From IMG/VR virus record IMGVR_UViG_3300027286_000002: a stretch of 64,000 nt of DNA; one strand, written 5' to 3'. The notes beneath the pieces were generated by a model. It was not told the origin of the DNA. It saw nothing but the letters and a program-made list of their open reading frames with translations, and made no database searches. The stretch's first letter is position 1. Every line of letters starts with the position of its first letter. The translations under genes were made by a program, and so were the position numbers. Source of the stretch: a virus (taxonomy: Duplodnaviria; Caudoviricetes). Of this stretch, positions 8,670-17,667 are shown in pieces.

Positions 8670-9802
8670 GTGAGTTTCCTTTGTTTTAATTTGTTTAGTA
8701 AATCTGCATCCGTGTACAAGTCAAAAACTAAATGGATTCTTGTTTTGCCATTATTCACTACTCTATGTGGTTTTCTAGTATCTAAATACCAAAGTTCACC
8801 TTCTTTAAATTTAAAGACCTCTTTACCTGTCATGCCATATACTTCAAACCAACAATCATCATGTGTATCTATTGGTATATGAAATCTTGGTACTTCACCT
8901 ATGCCTATGCCACATTCACTATCTACTAAATCAGTATGTTGTTCAATAACTTTACCTGCATCTAGTTTCATTATCCGAACACGATCTACTTTAGCTGTCT
9001 TTGATACCTGCTTAATAATCTCTTTCACTTCAGGAAATAAATCATAAACACTTGTATCTTGAATATGGAAATCTTGACCTTTATGTTTTTCATGCCATTT
9101 GTCATTCATCTCTAAAGGTTTAATAATAAAGTTTGGATCAGCACTATATCCTCTTAATGATATAGCAGACCAACCACCATCTGCATTATAATTTGAATAG
9201 TGATTGGCAAAGTTCAGTTGAGATACCTTTTCTTTTAATGCTGTTATATCATAATGGAAATCAGTAAATTTAAAAGCACAGGCTATTTCATGTGGATCAG
9301 TATATAGGCAAATAGGCTCTTGATCAAATAATGAAAAAGATGGTTTCTTTTCTAGGTAATAGACACCAAAGCAATCACCAAAAGAATTAATCTTGCTACC
9401 TATTCGTGTAAATCCTAATTGTGTAATAGGTGTGAGATCACCATCATCCAGCCATAAGAGCCAAAGGTTTTCTGTTAAGCTATTAAGATAAGATATAAAG
9501 ACAGGTAAATCTCTAATTTGAACATAGCTTAATTCTATATCATTCGCTTGTTTTACTGCAAGTATATGATTTTTAGAAGAATAAACTTTGATTTTGGATG
9601 GTTTATTTGATTGGGAAACAAGTACATCATAAGCATCAGTTAAGATGAGTTCACCTGTAGAAAGATATTCTGCAATATTATTCTTTTTCATTTGCATGAA
9701 AGGTGAAATGATTTTCTCATTAAGAGTATCATATCTAGCTTGCAAGGATTTTAGGTATTCTAAATCATATCCTTTTTGCCATTCTTTAAGATCTTCGGAC
9801 AT
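8666..9802 (-). CDS. 2OG-Fe(II) oxygenase (Asp/Asn beta-hydroxylase family) with extra N-terminal domain
   Basis: RVRIMKL..G..IEQHTD (HxD), RFHIPI, GELW..DTRKPHRVVN...RIHLVFD. Confidence 0.8.
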   Translation of the reverse strand: MSEDLKEWQKGYDLEYLKSLQARYDTLNEKIISPFMQMKKNNIAEYLSTGELILTDAYDVLVSQSNKPSKIKVYSSKNHILAVKQANDIELSYVQIRDLPVFISYLNSLTENLWLLWLDDGDLTPITQLGFTRIGSKINSFGDCFGVYYLEKKPSFSLFDQEPICLYTDPHEIACAFKFTDFHYDITALKEKVSQLNFANHYSNYNADGGWSAISLRGYSADPNFIIKPLEMNDKWHEKHKGQDFHIQDTSVYDLFPEVKEIIKQVSKTAKVDRVRIMKLDAGKVIEQHTDLVDSECGIGIGEVPRFHIPIDTHDDCWFEVYGMTGKEVFKFKEGELWYLDTRKPHRVVNNGKTRIHLVFDLYTDADLLNKLKQRKLT

Positions 9803-9881
9803 TTTACGATCTCCTTTATTTATTTATTCTTATATTGTTTGTATTATTCTTTACAAAATCCCAAAGAAAGGTTTTTAAAAA

Positions 9882-10685
9882 ATGGATTTAAGAGATAATT
9901 TTAAGAGTAGGTGTCCTGTCAGATATAATTCTGATGGTACACATTGGTATTGCAAAAGACAACTTAGTGAAAAGCAAGAGATTGAGAATAAGACTTGTAA
10001 TTATTCCAGATGTCCGGGCAGAGAATTAACAGAAGAAGAAGAAACTGCTCGCTTACTTGAAATTGAATCTAAGATGAAAGATACCAAGAAAGAGGTTACT
10101 AAAGATCCTATGGATGCACTTATTAGAAGAATGAAAAGAGAACTCGAACGAATTGAGGCTGAAGAACATAACTTTAAGAAGTGTGATATTAAAGTAAACG
10201 ATAAGAATAAATGGTTTTGTAAAAAGAATATGGATAGTGCTTTATCTATGGATGAGAAAGAATGTTATCGTGATGGTTGTCCCGGTCGTAAAGCAACCTA
10301 TGAAGAAGAAAAAGAAGAGAGTATTAGAAAAGAAAAAGTTCAGAAAGAACTGACTGCATTACAAAAGAAAACTAAGAAACCTATTGTTAATAAGCAACCA
10401 CCTGTGGTTATTGAAGATTTACCTAAGCCTATTGTTATAGTAGAAGAACCTATTGTAATAGTAGAAGAGCAGGTAGTAATAGTAGAGCAGGCTTCACCTT
10501 TAGAAAATCCTATTGTAGAACCTGTATTAAAGAAGTGTGAATGGCATATCTGTCCAAACTACTTTGAAGCTGGTGGTAAAAAAGAAAAGTTTTGTTGCGA
10601 ACGATGTAGACGAAAAGATAATAGATTAAAATCAAGACGAAGGTGTGCTTTAAGAAAGAAAGAGATCTCTGCCAAAGGATTGTAG
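9882..10685 (+). CDS. Cys-rich protein with duplicated putative Zn module and C-terminal Zn finger
   Basis: Two C..W(Y/F)C..C..CPGR units; C-terminal CEWHIC...KFCCERCRR. Confidence 0.6.
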   Translation: MDLRDNFKSRCPVRYNSDGTHWYCKRQLSEKQEIENKTCNYSRCPGRELTEEEETARLLEIESKMKDTKKEVTKDPMDALIRRMKRELERIEAEEHNFKKCDIKVNDKNKWFCKKNMDSALSMDEKECYRDGCPGRKATYEEEKEESIRKEKVQKELTALQKKTKKPIVNKQPPVVIEDLPKPIVIVEEPIVIVEEQVVIVEQASPLENPIVEPVLKKCEWHICPNYFEAGGKKEKFCCERCRRKDNRLKSRRRCALRKKEISAKGL

Positions 10686-11618
10686 TTTTTTAGTCATTCT
10701 TTCTAAATACAATCTCAACCTTCTTTCAGGCATATCTATTGCTTTTGACCATGCAGAAACACTTGGATATTTTTGATAAAGTTTATCTAAATATAATTGA
10801 TTGTAAAACTCATACTCATCAGGGAATTTAACTTTTAAACATTCAAGTACTTTTTGATTTAATTGTTTTTCTCTAATCGTCAAATCAAAATCTTCTTCTT
10901 GATGTTCATTAAACATATCTAAAACTTGACCTTCATCATTTTTTACTTGTCTTGCTACTACAGGTGCTTCAAACACAGGTTCAATACCTAAATTTCTTTT
11001 TGCTAATTGTGCTTGTGTTCTTGAACCTTCTTTTTCTCTTGAAAGTGCATCTTTACCTTGTTTATGTCCAAAACGAACTAACCATTGTGTAAAGTGATAC
11101 CATACTGCACCTACTTTAATATTGTTTTCTTTTTCTAATTCAGATCGCAAATGGTCTATTTCTACCATCCATACCATAAAATCTCTTACTCGATCTACTT
11201 GATCGCATAATGGGATTTTATAATAAGTTGCTGTTCTTAAATTTTTGATCAGTTCAGTTTCAATTTTTTCAAACCTATTAAATGCAGGATGAAAAATCCA
11301 TTGTTCTGTCAAATTCACTTCTTGTACTTTTTTAGTGTATCTAGGTTTTTCAGATACTACTTCTTTAGTAGTCAATTCTTTAGTAATGATTACTTCTTTA
11401 TCATCGGATTGAATTTCTTGTGATTGAATTTCTTGTGATAGTTTTTCATTCAAGTTTGCTTTTCTTTGTTCAATCATTGAATAAAATTCATCATCATCAC
11501 TTACTTGACTTTGTTCAATTTGAACAGTTTCTTTTTCATCATTATAAATTTCATCATCAAGTAAATTAAGATCAAAACAGTTTAAATCGGATAAAATAAG
11601 ATTTCTTAGAGATAGCAT
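10650..11618 (-). CDS. Putative divergent sigma-factor-like / HTH protein
   Basis: Acidic N-terminus, region-2-like aromatic helix, C-terminal HTH-like SAWSKAIDMPERRLRLYL. Confidence 0.45.
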   Translation of the reverse strand: MLSLRNLILSDLNCFDLNLLDDEIYNDEKETVQIEQSQVSDDDEFYSMIEQRKANLNEKLSQEIQSQEIQSDDKEVIITKELTTKEVVSEKPRYTKKVQEVNLTEQWIFHPAFNRFEKIETELIKNLRTATYYKIPLCDQVDRVRDFMVWMVEIDHLRSELEKENNIKVGAVWYHFTQWLVRFGHKQGKDALSREKEGSRTQAQLAKRNLGIEPVFEAPVVARQVKNDEGQVLDMFNEHQEEDFDLTIREKQLNQKVLECLKVKFPDEYEFYNQLYLDKLYQKYPSVSAWSKAIDMPERRLRLYLERMTKKLQSFGRDLFLS

Positions 11619-11769
11619 TGTATTACTCCGTAAGGGTTATGTTTTTGTAGATAGGCAATAATGACAAGTTTTTTGTTTCAAAGGTCGTGCCTAATTTCTT
11701 TCAATAGTTTATCTATTTTCTATCAGTTTGTCAATACCAAATCGCTTTTTAATGAAAGGTTTTTTAAAA

Positions 11770-13107
11770 ATGAGTTTAATCAAAAAAGCACATAGTTTGC
11801 TCCTACAAGCAAGAAATGAAACAAATCCTAGAAAAGCAATGCTTTTAAAAAAAGCATCTGCTACTACATATAATGAAATGATTGCTTTTGCTTATATTTA
11901 TGGTGTCATTACTCAAGATGATGATATTGATAATGTTACTCAAGCTATGGCAACAGGTGGTGATAATTTTGAAAATGGCATCATTAAGCTAATCTCTAAA
12001 ACACAAGGTATTAGTTTTAGAAATATCTCTGTAGCTAGAAAACTTGCCACTGAATTTTTTAATGCTAGTCAATTGGGAAACCAAAGATTTTATGAAAAGA
12101 TGATCAAAGATTTTACCTATACTTTAAAAAGTGTAGATAAAGCTGAAGATGCTGTCCATAATATCCTAGCAGGTTTCAATCCTGTTACTCAAACTGCTTA
12201 TCAAAAAGTAGAAGCTAAAAATGCTTTTGCTCATGCTGGAAAAGAACATAGTGTTTTACCTGCTCTTTTCCAAAAGACTGTAGAAGAACTTAAAGTTAAT
12301 TCTTTAACTTCTATACCTAATAAATATCAAGATTGTGTAAACAGTATTCTTTCCACCATCACTCTTTATAATAACAGACTAAAATTTAATAGTCGTGGCA
12401 AAGGTCTTACTCAAACTGAGAACTTTTCTGCTTTAACTAAAAATGATGATGAAACATCTACTCCTTTTGAGAATAAACTTAAAGATAAAGATCTAAATCC
12501 TGAACAAATTGCTGGATCTATGATTACTGAAAATACTTTAGATCGTCTTATTGAACTTTTCAAATTAGGTTATGGTTGGAAATCTATCAGAACTCCTGCT
12601 AAACAAAGAAGAGCAATTTCTCATATTCTTTTCTCTATGAAATTAGCTTATAGCAATCTTTCATCTTTAATCAGTACCAAAGACGATATGAAACTATATA
12701 GCCAATTAGCTTATCCTGCACAGAAACTTTTTGAAGAAGGTCGTGTTATTAGAGATACTAAATTAGCTGATAGTCTTGAAAACCTTAGCATTGCTGTTAA
12801 TCAAGCTGATGCTCTTGATGAATTTTCAGAATTTATTGTTGCTGTCATTAATCTTTATGAATCCATTAATCCTACCGATGACATTACTGAATCTGTTGGT
12901 GAAAAAGCATGGGATAAAGCATTTTCTTCTTTCTTTCAAGAAATTGGTCAAGATATTGAAGCTATTAGTTCTGAAACTCCTCTTTTAATTCCTTCTGCAC
13001 ATAGTCTTATTGATAATATCGCACCTATTTTCAAACAAGGTTCTCAAAAGAAAGCATCTCTTAAATCAAGAGTAGCCTCTTTACTTAGACGATATAATCA
13101 AATCTAA
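11770..13107 (+). CDS. Hypothetical helical protein, putative virion internal protein
   Basis: Start re-placed at ATG 11770 (SD aaaggt); KKAS near N-terminus and KKAS...RVAS at C-terminus. Confidence 0.65.
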   Translation: MSLIKKAHSLLLQARNETNPRKAMLLKKASATTYNEMIAFAYIYGVITQDDDIDNVTQAMATGGDNFENGIIKLISKTQGISFRNISVARKLATEFFNASQLGNQRFYEKMIKDFTYTLKSVDKAEDAVHNILAGFNPVTQTAYQKVEAKNAFAHAGKEHSVLPALFQKTVEELKVNSLTSIPNKYQDCVNSILSTITLYNNRLKFNSRGKGLTQTENFSALTKNDDETSTPFENKLKDKDLNPEQIAGSMITENTLDRLIELFKLGYGWKSIRTPAKQRRAISHILFSMKLAYSNLSSLISTKDDMKLYSQLAYPAQKLFEEGRVIRDTKLADSLENLSIAVNQADALDEFSEFIVAVINLYESINPTDDITESVGEKAWDKAFSSFFQEIGQDIEAISSETPLLIPSAHSLIDNIAPIFKQGSQKKASLKSRVASLLRRYNQI

Positions 13108-13902
13108 TGGTGCATTAGATAATCCCAATAAGATTATCTGATCTAACTTTGATAACCTTTTCATTCGCTTATAATACTTATTAATCTTTCCCATATCACC
13201 TATTATTGAATGTGCATACTTTATAGCTTTCGCAGGACATGGTTTACTTGTATTGCCATAATTGTAATGACATAATAACTGCACCATGTTCTTCTTATAT
13301 ATATTAGCATATGTCTGTATTGCTATTATGCCTGCTTTCTCTAAATCACATTCCACATACTCACAATTTTCTGTATCACAGTAAATCTCTTGACACTGTT
13401 CATCATAATAGTGATTGGTCTTTAACTTCTTTTTCTTTTTACAAGTTCTTTGGATATTCGGAATAAATAAAACATCTGTTTTACTTTGCCAATCATCTCT
13501 ACCTGTCTGTAGCTTGCACCACCATTTAGGTATTACCTGCATGATACCTAAACTTGGACTACCTTTTATTTCTTCCTTATCCAATCTTGCAATTTTATTT
13601 GCCTGTGTATGTTTAGATATTGATGGTTTAGATATTTTACCTATGCCACCTACGATTTTACGAGCAAACTTACTTTCATGTTTTGCTACTGCTATGGCTA
13701 ATATAGGATCTACATTTTCCCTTAATGCTAAATTACCTATCTCAACACAAGCACGGATTCGATCTCTTTTAGCATCCTGTATATCCAAACTTATCTCTAC
13801 TAAAGAATTATTATAAACACTAGGATAAGTTTTTTCTATACTCATACCATTAACAAGCATCACACAAGTTAAGATGATCTCATTTATGGTATTATATATC
13901 AT
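13081..13902 (-). CDS. Lytic transglycosylase (SLT fold) with N-terminal hydrophobic anchor
   Basis: LAIAVAKHESKF (catalytic Glu), LGIMQV and HYNYG motifs. Confidence 0.8.
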   Translation of the reverse strand: MIYNTINEIILTCVMLVNGMSIEKTYPSVYNNSLVEISLDIQDAKRDRIRACVEIGNLALRENVDPILAIAVAKHESKFARKIVGGIGKISKPSISKHTQANKIARLDKEEIKGSPSLGIMQVIPKWWCKLQTGRDDWQSKTDVLFIPNIQRTCKKKKKLKTNHYYDEQCQEIYCDTENCEYVECDLEKAGIIAIQTYANIYKKNMVQLLCHYNYGNTSKPCPAKAIKYAHSIIGDMGKINKYYKRMKRLSKLDQIILLGLSNAPLDLIISSK

Positions 13903-13929
13903 TTCCTTGCACCTTCAACATTTATCCTC

Positions 13930-15030
13930 CTATGAGAATAATGGTTCTACTTTGAGTGCTGTCCTTTCTGCATTTAGCTTTTCTAAAATATGAAAAAGCA
14001 CAAGTTGATGGAAAGGTCGCACTGACTTCATTGTAAAGTTTTTAAATTCATACTGATTGATTTTAGTCTTGTTCGCTTGGTCTAAAACAAGATCTTCAAA
14101 ATCTTTCGTGTACACTATTCCTTTCTTTGAACAGTACTCTTGTACCATTTCTCTAAATGATACATCTTCATTATACATTGTCAAGACTACATCTCTATAT
14201 ACGATTTCACAAAAGCCTTTGCTTACATCTAAAGCATCCACTGATGTGAAACCTTTATCTTTCGTTGTAGCTGTCTTTGACACATACTCACTACCTATAT
14301 TATACTTAATCAATAAATTATTGACTTCATCACTTAACTCAGTAATGACTTCTTTAGGTAGCATCCAATTTTCAACTGCACCATTTCTTGTAATCGCACA
14401 CTTGACATTCATCCATTCTTGGATGGTCATCATTTTTTGATCCTGTGGTGTGTACTCCTTTAATAAATACTTTCTTAAAGTTTCTAATAAAGCTACTACA
14501 CAACCATTGCTCTTTTCAAAGACCTGTCTTGTGCTTGGTGAAATTGTTGTGATTGTAGATTGTGATGTACGATCATAACCTTTACCTAATAAGGTAGCTG
14601 AAATTGTGCCTGATGCTCCTCGCATTCTGCTGTTAGCTGAAGACCAATCTACACCTAAACACATTAGAAAATCTTCAATTTCTAATCCTTGTGGATAGCT
14701 TGGATTTTCATAAACACTGACAAACTTTTCAATATCAAAAGTAATGCCAAATCTTTCTTTTACTAATTGCCATAAATCTGTAGAAACTGTTTTTTCTACA
14801 ACAACAGAAACTTGTGGTACAATTTCATCTTTTTTATCAGATGATCCATTTAAATTGTTGAAAAGTGATTTCAAATCATTTAAGTTAAAACCTAATTCGG
14901 ATGCCTCCAAAAGATAACTTAAGATTTGGTCTGCTTTTTCAATGCCATGTGTGGCAATGATACCTTGATATGAATCAAAACCTAGAACTTTTAATTGTCT
15001 GGCTTTCTGAATGAATTGGATCATGTCCAT
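13930..15030 (-). CDS. Hypothetical protein
   Basis: 366-aa ORF with SD; no recognised motif. Confidence 0.7.
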   Translation of the reverse strand: MDMIQFIQKARQLKVLGFDSYQGIIATHGIEKADQILSYLLEASELGFNLNDLKSLFNNLNGSSDKKDEIVPQVSVVVEKTVSTDLWQLVKERFGITFDIEKFVSVYENPSYPQGLEIEDFLMCLGVDWSSANSRMRGASGTISATLLGKGYDRTSQSTITTISPSTRQVFEKSNGCVVALLETLRKYLLKEYTPQDQKMMTIQEWMNVKCAITRNGAVENWMLPKEVITELSDEVNNLLIKYNIGSEYVSKTATTKDKGFTSVDALDVSKGFCEIVYRDVVLTMYNEDVSFREMVQEYCSKKGIVYTKDFEDLVLDQANKTKINQYEFKNFTMKSVRPFHQLVLFHILEKLNAERTALKVEPLFS

Positions 15031-15076
15031 TTTCTCTTAATCCTTTTTTTATACGATAAAGAAAGTAGGTGCTACT

Positions 15077-15832
15077 TTGTTAGAAGAGCAATATACTTAT
15101 ATGAAATTAAATCATGGTGGACACAAAGTTGTAAAAAAAGATGATAAATTTATCATCGATTCTCTTGAACTCACTGCCAAAGAATTTAAAAAGAAATTTG
15201 GCAAAATCCCTGAACTCTATTTTGAAGTTAAATTGCCTGTCTATCTCAAAGGTCTTTCCTCTATCTTTGATATCATTAAAACTAAACCTGTTATTGAAGA
15301 AGATATTAAACCTAAACGAAAATTAGGTGTAGATGTTGATGCTAAAGCAAACGATATTAAATCTATCTTCTATAAACACTTTGCCAAAATGTGTATCCAA
15401 TCTAAATATGATCCTGAAGAAATGCTACAGGAAATCTATTTAGGTATTCTACATCGCAATAAAGGTAACTGTCCTTTTGATCCTGCTAAATCTTCTTTAT
15501 CTACATATATTGTTATGGTTAGCAGATGTATTCTCTTTAATATCTTCAATAAAGAAAATAAGACAAGAGCAAGGATTTTTGATCCCAAAGAAAAAGATGA
15601 TTTGTTTAGACTTATTAAAGATAACCATGACTTTGACACTAAATTCCTAATAGAAGAAGCTAGAAATCTTTGTAAAACTGAAGATATGAAAAATGTTTTT
15701 GATCAAATGTTGCTTGGATATAATATAAGCCAAATCTCTAGCAACCTTAAAATCGAAAACAGGAAAGTCAGTGAAATGACTTCCAAAATTAAGAAAACTA
15801 TTTCACCTTTGTTTAACAAGGATATTGATTAA
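15077..15832 (+). CDS. Sigma70/ECF-like RNA polymerase sigma factor
   Basis: DPEEMLQEIYL...FDPAKSSLSTYI (region 2) and LLGYNISQISSNLKIENRKV (region 4 HTH). Confidence 0.8.
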   Translation: MLEEQYTYMKLNHGGHKVVKKDDKFIIDSLELTAKEFKKKFGKIPELYFEVKLPVYLKGLSSIFDIIKTKPVIEEDIKPKRKLGVDVDAKANDIKSIFYKHFAKMCIQSKYDPEEMLQEIYLGILHRNKGNCPFDPAKSSLSTYIVMVSRCILFNIFNKENKTRARIFDPKEKDDLFRLIKDNHDFDTKFLIEEARNLCKTEDMKNVFDQMLLGYNISQISSNLKIENRKVSEMTSKIKKTISPLFNKDID

Positions 15833-15835
15833 GAT

Positions 15836-16438
15836 ATGCTTACCTTCTTTTACTCCACTATTAATGCAGGCAAAACTGCTAATCTTATTTTATCTGCCCA
15901 TGCCTGCTCTCAAAGAAATATTAAATACTTGATCTTTGTACCTGCTGTTGCATCAGGTAGAGATGGTTTTAATAAAGTCAGTTCAAGAATTGGCATACAT
16001 CAAGATGCCATCTCTATTGATGAAAATGATAACCTTTATGAAATGGTATCTACACAGATCATTACAAAAAATATAGATAGCAATCCTTTACAGATTGTCT
16101 TTGTAGATGAATCTCAATTTCTCACTGCTAAACAAGTAGCACAGCTCACTCAAATCTGTGATATATATAATGTGCAAGTTCATGCTTATGGTTTAAGAAC
16201 TGATTTTAAAGGCGAACCTTTTGAAGCAAGTAAATATCTTTTAGCTTGGTCGGATCATATTAGAGAAGTTGAAACATGGGCAGAAAATAGCAACACTGCT
16301 GAAAAAGCATTGATGAATATTAAACTAGATGAACACGGTAAACGAATTACTAATGGTGATTCCGTGTCTGTTGGTTTTGCATATAAAGCTGTTTCTAGAT
16401 CTGAATTTAATATCTATAAACATTGGAATAAGAAATAA
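15836..16438 (+). CDS. tdk: Thymidine kinase (TK1-like type)
   Basis: YSTINAGKT P-loop, FVDESQFL, YGLRTDFKGEPFE. Confidence 0.92.
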   Translation: MLTFFYSTINAGKTANLILSAHACSQRNIKYLIFVPAVASGRDGFNKVSSRIGIHQDAISIDENDNLYEMVSTQIITKNIDSNPLQIVFVDESQFLTAKQVAQLTQICDIYNVQVHAYGLRTDFKGEPFEASKYLLAWSDHIREVETWAENSNTAEKALMNIKLDEHGKRITNGDSVSVGFAYKAVSRSEFNIYKHWNKK

Positions 16439-16484
16439 TACTTTTATTTTGTATTCTCTTATATATAGAAAGGGAATACATAAA

Positions 16485-16808
16485 ATGGCTGTCTATAATA
16501 ATAAAAGCAAAGGCATGAATTTTTGGATTAGACCAACAGGACAAAACACTTTAAAAGGTGTTGAGGATAATGAATTTAATCCACCTGTTTTACCTGCTAC
16601 TCTTATTCAAGAATTACTCAGCGATTATCCTGATGCTCGTAAAGGTTTCTTAGAACTTTTACCTACCATGTTGCCTGAAGAACAAGAAAGACTACAAGCT
16701 ATTGTAGATGATTGTCCTAATGTCATGAAAGACAAACCTAATCACCAGCAACTTGAAGATAACTTTCAATCCAAATTAAACAAACCTGTGATTAGATTTC
16801 CAAAATGA
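16485..16808 (+). CDS. Hypothetical protein
   Basis: ORF track 16329..16808; ATG 16485 after SD aaaggga avoids overlap with tdk. Confidence 0.55.
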   Translation: MAVYNNKSKGMNFWIRPTGQNTLKGVEDNEFNPPVLPATLIQELLSDYPDARKGFLELLPTMLPEEQERLQAIVDDCPNVMKDKPNHQQLEDNFQSKLNKPVIRFPK

Positions 16809-17086
16809 TTAAAATTGATAAGATGCCACTACAATCTAAAAAGTTTATCGCATACCTTATTAGTGAGATAGGCTGGAAGATTACTTTATTTTACTTGCTA
16901 TGGAAAATTCAAGGTCAAATTGATCCATCTGATCTCACTCTTTTAATTACCATTGTCTTAACAAGTGGTTTTATTCAGATAGGTTATATACTTGGTCAAA
17001 CTGCTTTAGATAAATATGTACAAATGTCTTTAAGAGATGATGACGATGATGACGATGATGATGATAAGAAACCTACTGCAAAATAG
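16805..17086 (+). CDS. Holin-like two-TM membrane protein
   Basis: Two hydrophobic helices, highly charged C-terminal tail (D10KK). Confidence 0.45.
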   Translation: MIKIDKMPLQSKKFIAYLISEIGWKITLFYLLWKIQGQIDPSDLTLLITIVLTSGFIQIGYILGQTALDKYVQMSLRDDDDDDDDDDKKPTAK

Positions 17087-17615
17087 GTGATACACCTAAA
17101 TCATAATGAACTAAACTTTTAAAGAATGGTGACATCATAGCATTTTCTAAAATCTCATCTTCTGTTCTTTTAATAACAAGTCCATCATCTGTCTTTTCAA
17201 TATTGCCTAAAAACACTTTGGCAAAATTATCTACTGTCACAAATAAAACTACAACACCATTTCCGTGCTTTACTTCTTTGGTATCTAAATCCCTTCTTGT
17301 ATATCCTGTTTCACAGACTACCATATATCCAATAGGTTTTCTATAATCCACGATATTACGAATGATGCCACTCCAATCTTTCTTTGAATACTTTAAATAT
17401 GTCATTTGACCATCTTCAAAATCTAAGAAATATGGTAGATCAGGTGATAAAGTGTTAATATCATCTTCATCTTCAGGTGTTAAAGTTACCAAAAATGCAG
17501 GCATAGGATTTTCAGCAGACCACTCTGCACTCTTATCCCAATTGTTTAAGAAACTCTCTGCTAATCCCATTGTCCAATCAATCGTTTGATCTACAAAATT
17601 ATCTTTATCACTCAT
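17073..17615 (-). CDS. Hypothetical acidic protein
   Basis: 180-aa ORF with SD AAGGA. Confidence 0.65.
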   Translation of the reverse strand: MSDKDNFVDQTIDWTMGLAESFLNNWDKSAEWSAENPMPAFLVTLTPEDEDDINTLSPDLPYFLDFEDGQMTYLKYSKKDWSGIIRNIVDYRKPIGYMVVCETGYTRRDLDTKEVKHGNGVVVLFVTVDNFAKVFLGNIEKTDDGLVIKRTEDEILENAMMSPFFKSLVHYDLGVSPILQ

Positions 17616-17667
17616 TTTAGTTAAATCCTTGTTTAAAGAGATGTGAAAGGTATTATGTCTTATAATA

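Noticed and set aside
17036-17065. GAT/GAC microsatellite as a phase-variation switch
   Set aside because: Triplet repeat encoding ten Asp; length change would not shift frame.
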